Positions 8,220 to 17,653 of a stretch of 32,000 bases of DNA are shown one piece after another. Each line of letters opens with the position of its first letter. Positions within the stretch are counted from its first letter, which is position 1. Below the pieces are notes generated by a model. The model saw nothing but the letters and a program-made list of their open reading frames with translations. It was not told the DNA's origin and did not search any database. Source of the stretch: Nanopusillaceae archaeon (GTDB lineage: Archaea; Nanobdellota; Nanobdellia; Nanobdellales; Nanobdellaceae); contig JBMFJD010000003.1 in the NCBI GenBank assembly GCA_049974095.1, forward strand, positions 1 to 32,000, in the 5' to 3' direction. Both the position numbers and the translations under genes were made by a program.

Positions 8220-8648
8220 CTACAATTGCTTTACATTCTCAAATGTTATTCTTCCTTTAAATATTCTATCATAAAACCTCCATGCATCAGCGACTTCTGG
8301 TTCTAATTGTTCCAATTTTGTTAATATATATCTTCTATTTTCATTAATTTCTTTTTGTGGTAAACTATCAATTTTTACATTATTTACCCCTATTTTTATA
8401 TATTTATCCCATAATACATGTATTCCTTGATTGTCTATTTCCATAGGATGTCTTACCATACTATGTGTTGTATCTCTCATTTTCCATACAATTATTGACC
8501 TATATAATTTTCCATCTACTTCATCTAAATCCATCCTTATTATTCCATCTACAGCATGCTCAACACCAGGTCCTCCACTCAATAATACTACAGATCTATC
8601 TGGAATTCCTCCATATAAAATTTCATCAACTCCAGGTATATATGTGTT
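8220..8648 (-). pseudogene. KaiC/RadA-like (RecA-superfamily) ATPase relic with the ATPase core deleted in frame and no ATG start
   Basis: My manual translation upstream of the called TTG gives [32 protein letters not shown], joined directly to [36 protein letters not shown]...GIHV. The family N-terminus (IPGLDELLGGGIPxGSxxLLxGxPGTGKT) therefore breaks inside the P-loop and continues with the family C-terminal strands. The Walker A Lys/Thr and Walker B are absent. Confidence 0.6.
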
Positions 8649-8740
8649 CTAACTTTATATATTGCCATAATAAATACTTTTAAACAAATATTTTAGATAT
8701 TTTTATAAGAAATTTTAAAATTTTTTACTATAAATTACCT

Positions 8741-9403
8741 ATGGATAGCAACAAAAATAATAGTATAACAATTTATTATTCAATGTTTGCCGAAGATAGT
8801 CCAGAAACAACACAGAGATTAAAATATACATTAGATAAAATATTAAAAAGAAAAGATCTTACAAATACTCATTTATTTATAAGAAGCGATCAAAAGGAAT
8901 ATTTAGAAGATATTTTACATAATTATAAAAAAGAAGATATTGAAAAAATAAGAGATAGAATATATGTATATAAAAATGCTTCTACAAATTCTGTAGAAGA
9001 ACATGTAAATCTATTGAAAGCAACATACAATTTTGTAAATGCATTAAATACATATAGGCCAATAAATAATAGAATAAATATGATAAATATGGAAATATAT
9101 ACATCTGATTATCATGTTCCTAAACAAAAAATATTATATAAAATAAATAAAGAAATAAGAAATGAAATAAAAGAAATAAAGAAAGAATATGATATTAAAG
9201 TGGAATTCAATAAAGTTCCAACAAATTATAATCTAATAAAGAAATTAATATTAACAGTAGAACATGCTATAGCAGGACTTTTTGGATATTCTGAATATTT
9301 ATATGTCTCTGTAAAGGAGGGTATAAAAGGATTATACAAAAGTAGTTGGGGACTATTCGGTAGCAAAAAGTTAGTTGATTCTACTACAGCAGCATCTTAT
9401 TAA
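8741..9403 (+). CDS. hypothetical protein, weak DUF218/YdcF-like resemblance
   Basis: 220-aa ORF. STNSVEEH and IYTSDYHVPKQ resemble the DUF218 S-x-N-T-x-E-N and TSxYHMxRA regions. This is weak and from memory only. Confidence 0.4.
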   Translation: MDSNKNNSITIYYSMFAEDSPETTQRLKYTLDKILKRKDLTNTHLFIRSDQKEYLEDILHNYKKEDIEKIRDRIYVYKNASTNSVEEHVNLLKATYNFVNALNTYRPINNRINMINMEIYTSDYHVPKQKILYKINKEIRNEIKEIKKEYDIKVEFNKVPTNYNLIKKLILTVEHAIAGLFGYSEYLYVSVKEGIKGLYKSSWGLFGSKKLVDSTTAASY

Positions 9404-9426
9404 TTTTTTTATAAAATTATATTTTA

Positions 9427-10149
9427 ATGGGAACTAAATTTTTATATTGGTATGACTGTTATTTAAAAGAATTTGATACAAAAGTAATAAAAATAGATGG
9501 AAATAAAGTAATATTGGATCAAACAATATTTCATCCAAAATCTGGAGGAGTAGCAAATGATACAGGAAAGATAATATTTAATGGAGAGGAATATATTGTA
9601 AAAGAAGTAATAAAAGAAGGAGAAGATGCTATACATATATTGGATAAAGAACCAAAATTTAAAGAAGGAGACATTGTTCATGGAATAATTGATTGGGATA
9701 GAAGATACAAATTAATGAAACTACATACTGCAGCACATATTTTATCTGCAATTGCATATAAAAAGTATAATGCATTAATTACTGGAGGAGATATTACTCC
9801 AGAATATGCAAAGGATGATTATAATATAAACTTATCTGGAGAAGAATTAAAGAAAGTATTTGAAGAAATAGTAAATGAGGCAAATGAAATTATCAAAAAG
9901 GGGATACCTGTAAAAGTATACTTCCTAAAGAGAGAAGAAGCATTAAAAATACCTGGAATTATAAAATTAATGGAAAAATCCCCTCCAAATATTGATAATT
10001 GGAGAATTGTTGAAATAGAAGGAATAGATACACAGGCAGATGGAGGACCACATGTTTCAAATACAAAGGAAATCGGAAAAATAGAATTAATAAAAATTGA
10101 AAATAAAGGAAAAAATAGAAAAAGAATATATTATACTGTTAAAGAATAG
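9427..10149 (+). CDS. alaX: AlaX-type alanyl-tRNA editing protein (AlaRS/ThrRS second additional domain)
   Basis: FHPKSGGVANDTG, the zinc motif HTAAH (H100/H104), and GGPHVSNTKEIG. Size (240 aa) fits AlaX-M. The second zinc motif reads DGGPH where CGGTH is expected. Confidence 0.75.
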   Translation: MGTKFLYWYDCYLKEFDTKVIKIDGNKVILDQTIFHPKSGGVANDTGKIIFNGEEYIVKEVIKEGEDAIHILDKEPKFKEGDIVHGIIDWDRRYKLMKLHTAAHILSAIAYKKYNALITGGDITPEYAKDDYNINLSGEELKKVFEEIVNEANEIIKKGIPVKVYFLKREEALKIPGIIKLMEKSPPNIDNWRIVEIEGIDTQADGGPHVSNTKEIGKIELIKIENKGKNRKRIYYTVKE

Positions 10150-10495
10150 TCGGTAGAAATGCTATTCCAATAATTAAATTAATTATAACAATAGAAGATA
10201 ATAAGGTATATAATTTATTTTCTTCTTTTGCATATTTCATTTGCTCAATTATAACTTCTGTAAATAGAATGAATACAAGAATTAGATATAATAAATAATT
10301 TAATAAATAAAAAGAGGAAATTGATGTAGAAATTGTAGATAATAAAGATAATCCTATTGAATAATATAATGGAAAGTTCAAAAAGATTGTTAATAAAGGA
10401 GTTAATATTGTACCTCCACCTAAACCTGTTAAAGATCCTATAAAACCTGCAAATATTCCAAAAATAAATATTATAATTCCTGTTAAATATATCAT
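10139..10495 (-). CDS. TauE/SafE (DUF81)-like membrane protein, half-length
   Basis: 118 aa, entirely hydrophobic segments. GSLTGLGGGTILTPLL is the family's glycine-rich motif. Typical members are about twice this length. Confidence 0.45.
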   Translation of the reverse strand: MIYLTGIIIFIFGIFAGFIGSLTGLGGGTILTPLLTIFLNFPLYYSIGLSLLSTISTSISSFYLLNYLLYLILVFILFTEVIIEQMKYAKEENKLYTLLSSIVIINLIIGIAFLPTIL

Positions 10496-10561
10496 TATTA
10501 TGAAAATATCCTTGAAAAAATATAAATAAAACTTTTATTAGACAAAATATACCGATAAAAA

Positions 10562-10903
10562 ATGGCTAAATATATAATATTGTTAACAAAAGAAGATAAA
10601 GAATGGTTAGAAAAGGTTATAGAATTTGCAAAAGTATTAAAAATGAGTGGAGCAGAGGATATAAAATTATGTTTTGTATTAGAAGCTATTAAGATGCTAT
10701 CAATAGAAAATGAAGAATTTAAATTAATAATAAATAAACATTTAGAAGATTTAAATAAATTAAATATAAAATTAAATGCTTGCAAAGATTGTATGATGAG
10801 ATTTAATATACCTGAAGAAAAAATATTTTATAAAGATGAAATATTTAGTTTTGAAATAATGAATAAATTAGCAGATCAGGGATACCATATAATTACCTTT
10901 TAA
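10562..10903 (+). CDS. DsrE/DsrF-like small protein (putative)
   Basis: 113 aa. The short N-terminal strand KYIILLT, and ACKDCMMRFNIPEEKI...LADQGYHIITF at the C-terminus, resemble the DsrE-like fold pattern. From memory only. Confidence 0.4.
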   Translation: MAKYIILLTKEDKEWLEKVIEFAKVLKMSGAEDIKLCFVLEAIKMLSIENEEFKLIINKHLEDLNKLNIKLNACKDCMMRFNIPEEKIFYKDEIFSFEIMNKLADQGYHIITF

Positions 10904-13151
10904 TTTCTATTATTTTTCCTTCCATATTTTCCTTAAATAATTCATCATGAGTACATAAAATTATTTGATAATTTTTTAAAGAATTTAATAATTGAGCCAA
11001 TGATAATCTTGCATTTTCATCTAATGATTCTGTTGGTTCATCTAATAACAATGTTGATATATTCAATTTTAATAATGAAGAAATTGCTAATCTTAATGAT
11101 AAATCTAATATTTTTACTTGTCCTCCACTTAATCCTGCTTCTTCAACATTCTTTTTAATTTCTTTTCCATCAATATTTTTTATTACATAAATATAAAATA
11201 ATTTTTCTTCTTTATTTCTTCCTTCTTTTATATCTATCCCGACATCAATAATATCGTTATATCTATATAATTGTCTAAAATAAAATCTAAATGCATTTTC
11301 CAAACTTTTAGATAATTTTTCTCTTCTAATTTCTATAAATTTAATCAAAACATTGTATAATGATCTTAAATTATTTAAATTTTTATTTATATTTCTCATT
11401 TTTTCAATTAACTTGTTATATCTATCTAATTTTTCTTTATAATTTCTTATTAGCTCTGGTCTTAAATTCTCATATTTTTTTAGTTCATTATCTATTTCAT
11501 TAATCTTTTTTTCAAAATCTGATAAATTATTTATATTATATTTTTCATATATTTGTTTTATTCTTTCTAAATTCTTCTTCATATTTTCTATTTTAATTAT
11601 TTTTTCCTTTATGTTATTCATTTCTTCTCTTAAAGAGTTATATTCTTTTCTTAAATTTTCTATTACTTTATCTATTTCGCTCTTTCTTATATAATTTATT
11701 GTATCTCTTATTATCTCATATTCTTCAATTTTCTTTATTTCTCCGTTTATTTCATTTATTTCTTTTTCTATTCTTTCTTTTTCCTCATTTATTTTTTCTA
11801 TATTTATTCCTTTTCTATTAATTTTTTCTTTTATATATAAATAATATTTATATCTCTTATATTTTTCCTCATATATTTTATCTATATCTGATTCTTCTTT
11901 CTTTATTTCATTTAGCTTATTATTATTTATTTCTAAATTATTTTTATATTCTTCTAATAACTTTTTATGTAAATCCTCATCTAGTTTTCTTTTACATACA
12001 GGACATTCTCCTATTTCTTTATTTAATATTTCTATATATTCTTCTTCTTCCTTTATTTTATTTTCTAATATAGATATTTCTTTTTCCAATTCTTTTTTCT
12101 TATTATCAACTTCTAAGAATTCTTTTTCGGCATTTATATAATCAAAAAATTTTATAATATCGTTTTCTATTTCTTCCAAATCTTTCAATTTGTATTCTAA
12201 TTCTTTTTTATCAATATTTTCATATTTTTCCAATTCTTCTTTCCTGTTTTCTAATATTTGTAATGATTGATTTAATAATTCTTTTGAATATTTATCATAT
12301 TTTAAATTTTTTCTTTCAGATTCCAAATTTATTATATTATTATTTAATTCTTTTTCCTTTTCTTCTAATTCTTTTATTCTTTCTTTTAAATAATTTTCTT
12401 GAGATAGCAATTGATAGTCAATATTACTTTGCAAAGCTTTTAATTCAAGATAACTTCTATATATTTCATCCTTATATTTTTTTAATTCATTATATTTCTC
12501 TATTTCTTTCATCAATTTTTCAATATCTTCATCTTTAAATATACTTTTAAATGTTTCAATATCTTTTATCAATAGATTTATTTCCTTCTCCGTATATTCC
12601 CTCTCTTTTTCAATATCTCTAATTAATCCTTCAATAATCCTCAAAATTAATGAATAATATTCTATATCAAATATATTTTCTAATTTTTTTGTTAAATCCA
12701 ATTTACCAGATAATGATATATATTTCCCAAGATCTCCCTGTTTTATATATAATATTTCAGCAAATTTTTCAGCTTTCCTTATATTTAATATATCTTTTAT
12801 TTTTTTATTTACAATATCCATACCTGTAGCAATTATCTCATTATTTTTATATAAAATAGCTTTTGATTCTCCACCATTTGTTATTGTTCTAATAATTTTA
12901 TATCTATCTTTATCATCTCCAAATTCTAGTTCAATAGTAGAAGAAGGAGAATTATATCTTATTAAGGAAGAAATATTTGAGTAATTCATATATGATAATG
13001 AATCTTTTCCAAATAAAGAAAATAATATTGCTTGAAATATCGATGTTTTTCCGACACCATTTTCTCCAATAATTATATTTTTATCTTCAAATTCTATTTC
13101 AAAATTCTTATGACTTTTAAAATTATTTAATTTAATATTATATAATTTCAT
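10893..13151 (-). CDS. rad50: DNA double-strand break repair ATPase Rad50
   Basis: Walker A GENGVGKTSIF, long K/E/I/N-rich coiled coil, zinc hook CPVC, signature LSGGQ, Walker B LLLDEPTESLD, and H-loop CTHD. At 752 aa it is short for the family. Confidence 0.9.
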   Translation of the reverse strand: MKLYNIKLNNFKSHKNFEIEFEDKNIIIGENGVGKTSIFQAILFSLFGKDSLSYMNYSNISSLIRYNSPSSTIELEFGDDKDRYKIIRTITNGGESKAILYKNNEIIATGMDIVNKKIKDILNIRKAEKFAEILYIKQGDLGKYISLSGKLDLTKKLENIFDIEYYSLILRIIEGLIRDIEKEREYTEKEINLLIKDIETFKSIFKDEDIEKLMKEIEKYNELKKYKDEIYRSYLELKALQSNIDYQLLSQENYLKERIKELEEKEKELNNNIINLESERKNLKYDKYSKELLNQSLQILENRKEELEKYENIDKKELEYKLKDLEEIENDIIKFFDYINAEKEFLEVDNKKKELEKEISILENKIKEEEEYIEILNKEIGECPVCKRKLDEDLHKKLLEEYKNNLEINNNKLNEIKKEESDIDKIYEEKYKRYKYYLYIKEKINRKGINIEKINEEKERIEKEINEINGEIKKIEEYEIIRDTINYIRKSEIDKVIENLRKEYNSLREEMNNIKEKIIKIENMKKNLERIKQIYEKYNINNLSDFEKKINEIDNELKKYENLRPELIRNYKEKLDRYNKLIEKMRNINKNLNNLRSLYNVLIKFIEIRREKLSKSLENAFRFYFRQLYRYNDIIDVGIDIKEGRNKEEKLFYIYVIKNIDGKEIKKNVEEAGLSGGQVKILDLSLRLAISSLLKLNISTLLLDEPTESLDENARLSLAQLLNSLKNYQIILCTHDELFKENMEGKIIEIKR

Positions 13152-14287
13152 TTTATTAATTCTTTAAATAAAGAATCTCTTATTCTATCCATATCACTTT
13201 CTTTTCCACTATACATTTCTTCGAATTTTTCTCTTATCATATTAAATAATGATAATAGTTCTTCTTTATCTTTAATAAAGAAAGAAGAATCTATAGCATC
13301 TTCTAAAGAATAATTATTTTCTTCAGATAAATTTTCCTCCTTCTCTATAGGATATAAATCTTCAATTATTAAATATCCTAAAGAAATTAAACTATCAATA
13401 AGATTTTTTATTCTTTGATAGTAATCTTTTTTATATCTTAATTTAATTTTTATTACCGTTTCTTTTGATCTTTTTATTATTTCTTCTCTCGCCTTATCTA
13501 TATCATTTTCTTCATTTATAATATCTTCATAAATAAAAATAGGTCTAGAATTTATTTCAATAAATTTTATTTCATTATCATTTACAAAATAAAATCCTTT
13601 TTTATCATTTTCTTCATCTTTTGATATTTCTGTTCTTTCAGTAGAACCTGGCAATGCAAATATTTTTCCTTCATGTTCTTCTAAATGATGTTTATGAAAA
13701 TGCCCAAATGCATAATAATCTGCTTTGGGTAAATCATTTAATGATAAAATTCTTGGCTCTTTATATCCTTCTAATATATTATTTGGAAAAAAGTTTACTG
13801 CTCCATGAAATAGAAAAATAGTATATCCATTGTTTTCAAATTTTACATTTTTTAATATATCCTTATAATATAAAGTTAAATGCTCTCCAGATAAATTTGA
13901 AGGTTCTGATATTCCATAAATATATATATCTTTATAAATAAACGGATCTTTTATATTTGCCTCATATATTAAATTTAATTTTTTTAATATTTCTAGTATA
14001 TTTTGTCTTTGCCCCTTAATATCATGATTTCCTTTTATAAATATTAAAGGAATTTTATTTTCTTTTAATTTTGATAATATATCTAATATCTCAATTATAT
14101 ATTTTGAGTCTATTCTAAAATAATCATCAAAAAAATCTCCAGAGTGAATAATAAAATCTACTTTTTCTTTTATAGCAAAATCTATTACTTCTTTAAATGC
14201 TTTAAGAAAATCTTTTTTTCTTATTTCTCCATATTCAATTGGTATTTGACATCCTAAATGAGTATCTGAAACATGTATAAATTTCAT
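13148..14287 (-). CDS. mre11: DNA double-strand break repair nuclease Mre11
   Basis: Phosphoesterase motifs HVSDTHLG, HSGDFFD, GNHD, LFHGAV and GHFH. Its stop overlaps the rad50 start by 4 nt. Confidence 0.9.
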   Translation of the reverse strand: MKFIHVSDTHLGCQIPIEYGEIRKKDFLKAFKEVIDFAIKEKVDFIIHSGDFFDDYFRIDSKYIIEILDILSKLKENKIPLIFIKGNHDIKGQRQNILEILKKLNLIYEANIKDPFIYKDIYIYGISEPSNLSGEHLTLYYKDILKNVKFENNGYTIFLFHGAVNFFPNNILEGYKEPRILSLNDLPKADYYAFGHFHKHHLEEHEGKIFALPGSTERTEISKDEENDKKGFYFVNDNEIKFIEINSRPIFIYEDIINEENDIDKAREEIIKRSKETVIKIKLRYKKDYYQRIKNLIDSLISLGYLIIEDLYPIEKEENLSEENNYSLEDAIDSSFFIKDKEELLSLFNMIREKFEEMYSGKESDMDRIRDSLFKELIK

Positions 14288-14311
14288 ATTATTTTATTTT
14301 CTAAAAGTTTT

Positions 14312-14752
14312 TTATTGATATCTTCCAATATATTCTTTTAAAAAATTTAATACTTTTTCTTTATCTTTTTTATATCCATCAAAACTAATTTTTAATAAAA
14401 AGGAATCGTCAGAATAGAATATTTTTATTTTATTTTTCACTAACAATTCTGTTTTATCAATTCTTAAATATAAATTATATCTCTCATCAAAATTTCCATT
14501 TTTTTCTATCTCTTTATAATCTAAACCTAATTCAATAAGATTTTTAAAGAATTTCTCTATCAAATCCTTCTTATCTATTTCTATTTCATATACATATATT
14601 TTATTACTAATTAGACCCTTTCCTTCAGAATATTTTATCTTAATTTTTTTTCTATCTATATCCTTTAATAATAAATTTATTGCTTGTTCTACTTTATTTT
14701 TATCATCCCATTCATGAATATTTACTCTTAAGTATATTTTTGATATTTTCAT
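14312..14752 (-). CDS. UPF0201/DUF54-like putative RNA-binding protein
   Basis: 146 aa. IYLRVNIHEWDDKNKVEQAINLLL resembles the family's N-terminal V-x-V-x-PTEDxxKVxxAIxNL. YLRIDKTELL resembles the LNKQAA region. From memory only. Confidence 0.4.
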   Translation of the reverse strand: MKISKIYLRVNIHEWDDKNKVEQAINLLLKDIDRKKIKIKYSEGKGLISNKIYVYEIEIDKKDLIEKFFKNLIELGLDYKEIEKNGNFDERYNLYLRIDKTELLVKNKIKIFYSDDSFLLKISFDGYKKDKEKVLNFLKEYIGRYQ

Positions 14753-14811
14753 TAGTATATATTATTAGCAATATTGTAAAACTTATATATTAGTAAATTA
14801 CATATATTTTT

Positions 14812-15192
14812 ATGATAAAAAGAGCTCAAGGTTTACCTTTAAATACAATTGTATTAGCAATAATAGCAATACTAGTTTTAATATTTTTAGTATTAATATT
14901 TACAGGAGGTCTAGGAAAATTTACTTCAGGTATTTCACAAACTGGACCAACATCACAAGAAATAAATGCAACACAGTGCGCTAGTTTAGCGGCAATGCTG
15001 AATAGTGAATTAGAATTAAAATCCACAAGCGAGCAATTATCATTAATTGCAAATTCACAATATATACAATATGGTTGTCCATCTGTATATTCATTCACGT
15101 TTCCTTTATCAAATGGATCTAGTGTAGCTTGTGACGGTACAGGAAGTATATCAATAAACGGCAAATCAATTCCAGGTTGTATTCTCCAATAG
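14812..15192 (+). CDS. archaeal type IV pilin-like protein with class III signal peptide
   Basis: MIKRA-QGLPLNTIVLAIIAILVLIFLVLIF has basic residues, a small residue, then Q at +1, then a long hydrophobic helix. The mature part has no K/E bias and 4 Cys. It is preferred over the antisense ORF 14826-15164. Confidence 0.55.
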   Translation: MIKRAQGLPLNTIVLAIIAILVLIFLVLIFTGGLGKFTSGISQTGPTSQEINATQCASLAAMLNSELELKSTSEQLSLIANSQYIQYGCPSVYSFTFPLSNGSSVACDGTGSISINGKSIPGCILQ

Positions 15193-15221
15193 TTTTTATT
15201 ATTGAACTTTAACTATTTTAT

Positions 15222-15860
15222 ATGTTAGATAAAGAATTAATATCTTCTATTCTAGGAATATCAAAAAATAAGTTAGATGAAATGATTAAGGAAAAAATAG
15301 ATCAATATAAAAATTTGATTGATGAAGAAACAGCAATTTTATTAATATTAAAAGAAAAAGGATTATCATTAGAAGATATATATAATATAAAAGTAAAAAA
15401 TATTTATCCTGGAATGAAAATAAAGGAAATAAAATTAAAGATCGGAAAAATATTATTAAAAAAGGATAATATTATAATATTAGAAGCTGGAGATGAAACA
15501 GGAAAAATAAAATTAATAATAAAGAACAAAAATTGGAAAAGAAAAGAGAATATTTTAGAAGAAGGAAAAAATATTTTAGTAAGGAATGGGGTTGTTTTAA
15601 ATAATTTCTTTTTAGCAATATTTGTTAATAATATAAATTTAGTAAACGAAATAAATGAAAATATAGAATTAAATGATAATTTTATTTCATATAGATATAT
15701 AAAATTAATAGGAGAAAAAGAGGATAATTACATTGTATTAACAGATAATTTCACAGTATTATATTTAGATAAAAATATACAGATTGAAAAAGATAAAACA
15801 TATTCAATAAAATTTTATAATAAAAAACCAATAGAAATAATAGAACTAAAATCCTATTAA
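15222..15860 (+). CDS. RPA/SSB-like single OB-fold protein (putative replication factor A)
   Basis: The N-terminal helical region has ISKNKLDEMIKEKI...IDEETAILLILKEKGLSL. It is followed by ILEAGDETGKIKLIIKNKNW...LEEGKNILVRNGVV, the archaeal RPA pattern (DETG-x-I-x-hhhW...EGd). Confidence 0.5.
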   Translation: MLDKELISSILGISKNKLDEMIKEKIDQYKNLIDEETAILLILKEKGLSLEDIYNIKVKNIYPGMKIKEIKLKIGKILLKKDNIIILEAGDETGKIKLIIKNKNWKRKENILEEGKNILVRNGVVLNNFFLAIFVNNINLVNEINENIELNDNFISYRYIKLIGEKEDNYIVLTDNFTVLYLDKNIQIEKDKTYSIKFYNKKPIEIIELKSY

Positions 15861-17621
15861 ACTAATTAATTTATCAGGATTGTTATAATATAGATTCATT
15901 ATTTCTCCTATTTGTCTGTAATTTCTTATATTATTTTCTAATAAATATTCTAATACTCTTATCTTAAACTTAAAGTTTGTCTCTATATCATTTTTATCCC
16001 AATTTCTTATTTCTGCAATTTTCTTTAATACATAACTATTTTTAACAATATATGAATCATCTCTGGGATCCCATTGATAAGAAATAATTCTATCAACATC
16101 GTTCTTCTTCTTATTAAAACCCATTATTTCATATATTTTATCTACTCTCCTTACATATTTTCCTTTATATCTTATTCTTTTCAAAAATATAACTGAATCC
16201 AATACTTCTAATAATGATGGAGGTAAACTTATTGGAGGGGATAACAATCTATCAATCAATGCTTCAAAACTTTCTGCATGTATTGTTCCTAAACCAGCAT
16301 GACCTGTAGCCATTGCCTGGAATAAAATATATGCTTCTTCTCCTCTAACTTCTCCAACAATTATATAATCTGGTCTTTGCCTCAACGCAGCTTTTAATAA
16401 GTCAAACATTGTAACTTCTCCATATCTATTTGGACCATATCCAGGTCTTGCAACTTCTTGTAACCAGTTTGGATGAGGCAATCTTAATTCTGCAGTATCT
16501 TCAATTGAAATTATTTTCTTCTCTGGTTTTATAAAAAGAGAAATAGCATTTAAGAAAGAAGTCTTACCTGTAGCAGTTCCTCCTGAAACTAATATAGATT
16601 TACCTTCTTCAACAAGAGTCCATAAATATGCTAACATATTGAAATCTACAGTTCCATACAATAATAAATCTATTGGAGTAAATGGATCTTCTGTAAATTT
16701 TCTAATTGTAAATGAAGAACCTTTTCTTGATATATCTTTTCCATATGTTATTTGAATTCTTGAACCATCTGGTAATGCAGCATCTAATAATGGATTTGAA
16801 ACAGAAACAATTCTTCCAGTTCTTATAGACAATTTTATTACAAAATTATCTAATTCTTCATCAGAATTAAATTGTAAATTTGTTTTAATTTCCCCAATAA
16901 TTGGATTTCTATGGAATATATATATTGGAGAATTTGAACCATTACATGATATATCTTCAATTAAAGGATCATTCATTAAAGGATCTATAATACCATATCC
17001 AATTGTATCTTTTATAATATAGTATAAAATATAGGGTAACCTACTTTTATCTATTTTATATCCCTTTTCCTTTATTATTTTCATTACCTCATCAATTATA
17101 TAATCTTTAATTTTCTCAAAATTCTTTTCCAATCCTGTTGGCATTTCTACTCTCTTTATTAATGTATCAAGAATGTCATTTATTATCCTTTTTTCATTTT
17201 CTGTTATAATAGGTTCTATTACATGATATACTAATTCTCCATATTTTTCGTCCCATGAAATATCTGCATATGCAAATATATATTCTTTTCCAAATATTTT
17301 CATTCTTGTTAATGGATATTTAAATTGATTTTCATTTTCGTTTTTTCCATATAATTCTATAAAAAACTTTAATTTATCTTTTTCAGTTATTTTTTTCTGA
17401 GAAGATACAGGAATTTCTAATAAAGATACTTCTTCTTTCTTAACTTTTTTTCTTTTCTTTTTTGTTTCTTCTTTTATAGGAGGTACAAAATTTATAGGAC
17501 TATAAGAAGGAACACCAAAGTATTTTATATTTATATTCTTCTCTTTTAATTTTTCTTTTATCTCAATTTTTTTTCTTACAACATCCAATATATTATCTAT
17601 AAAATCATAAATATCACTCAT
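15846..17621 (-). CDS. FlaI/PilB/VirB11-family type IV pilus or archaellum assembly ATPase
   Basis: Walker A VSGGTATGKTSFLNA, Walker B/Asp box RPDYIIVGEVRGEEA, and His box ATGHAGLGTIHA. The N-terminal region is extended with a Lys-rich stretch, ETKKKRKKVKKEE. Confidence 0.85.
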   Translation of the reverse strand: MSDIYDFIDNILDVVRKKIEIKEKLKEKNINIKYFGVPSYSPINFVPPIKEETKKKRKKVKKEEVSLLEIPVSSQKKITEKDKLKFFIELYGKNENENQFKYPLTRMKIFGKEYIFAYADISWDEKYGELVYHVIEPIITENEKRIINDILDTLIKRVEMPTGLEKNFEKIKDYIIDEVMKIIKEKGYKIDKSRLPYILYYIIKDTIGYGIIDPLMNDPLIEDISCNGSNSPIYIFHRNPIIGEIKTNLQFNSDEELDNFVIKLSIRTGRIVSVSNPLLDAALPDGSRIQITYGKDISRKGSSFTIRKFTEDPFTPIDLLLYGTVDFNMLAYLWTLVEEGKSILVSGGTATGKTSFLNAISLFIKPEKKIISIEDTAELRLPHPNWLQEVARPGYGPNRYGEVTMFDLLKAALRQRPDYIIVGEVRGEEAYILFQAMATGHAGLGTIHAESFEALIDRLLSPPISLPPSLLEVLDSVIFLKRIRYKGKYVRRVDKIYEIMGFNKKKNDVDRIISYQWDPRDDSYIVKNSYVLKKIAEIRNWDKNDIETNFKFKIRVLEYLLENNIRNYRQIGEIMNLYYNNPDKLISLIGF

Positions 17622-17653
17622 ATAATTAGGAAATACATTGAAAAATATAAATA

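Noticed and set aside
10498-10785. 95-aa minus-strand ORF overlapping the DsrE-like gene.
   Set aside because: Its composition is S/F/I/N-rich without features. The plus-strand ORF has a more protein-like sequence and a sensible divergent arrangement. Neither call is certain.
14826-15164. 112-aa minus-strand ORF antisense to the pilin-like gene.
   Set aside because: The plus-strand product has a clear class III signal-peptide-like N-terminus and sits behind a TATA-like element. The antisense product has no recognisable features.
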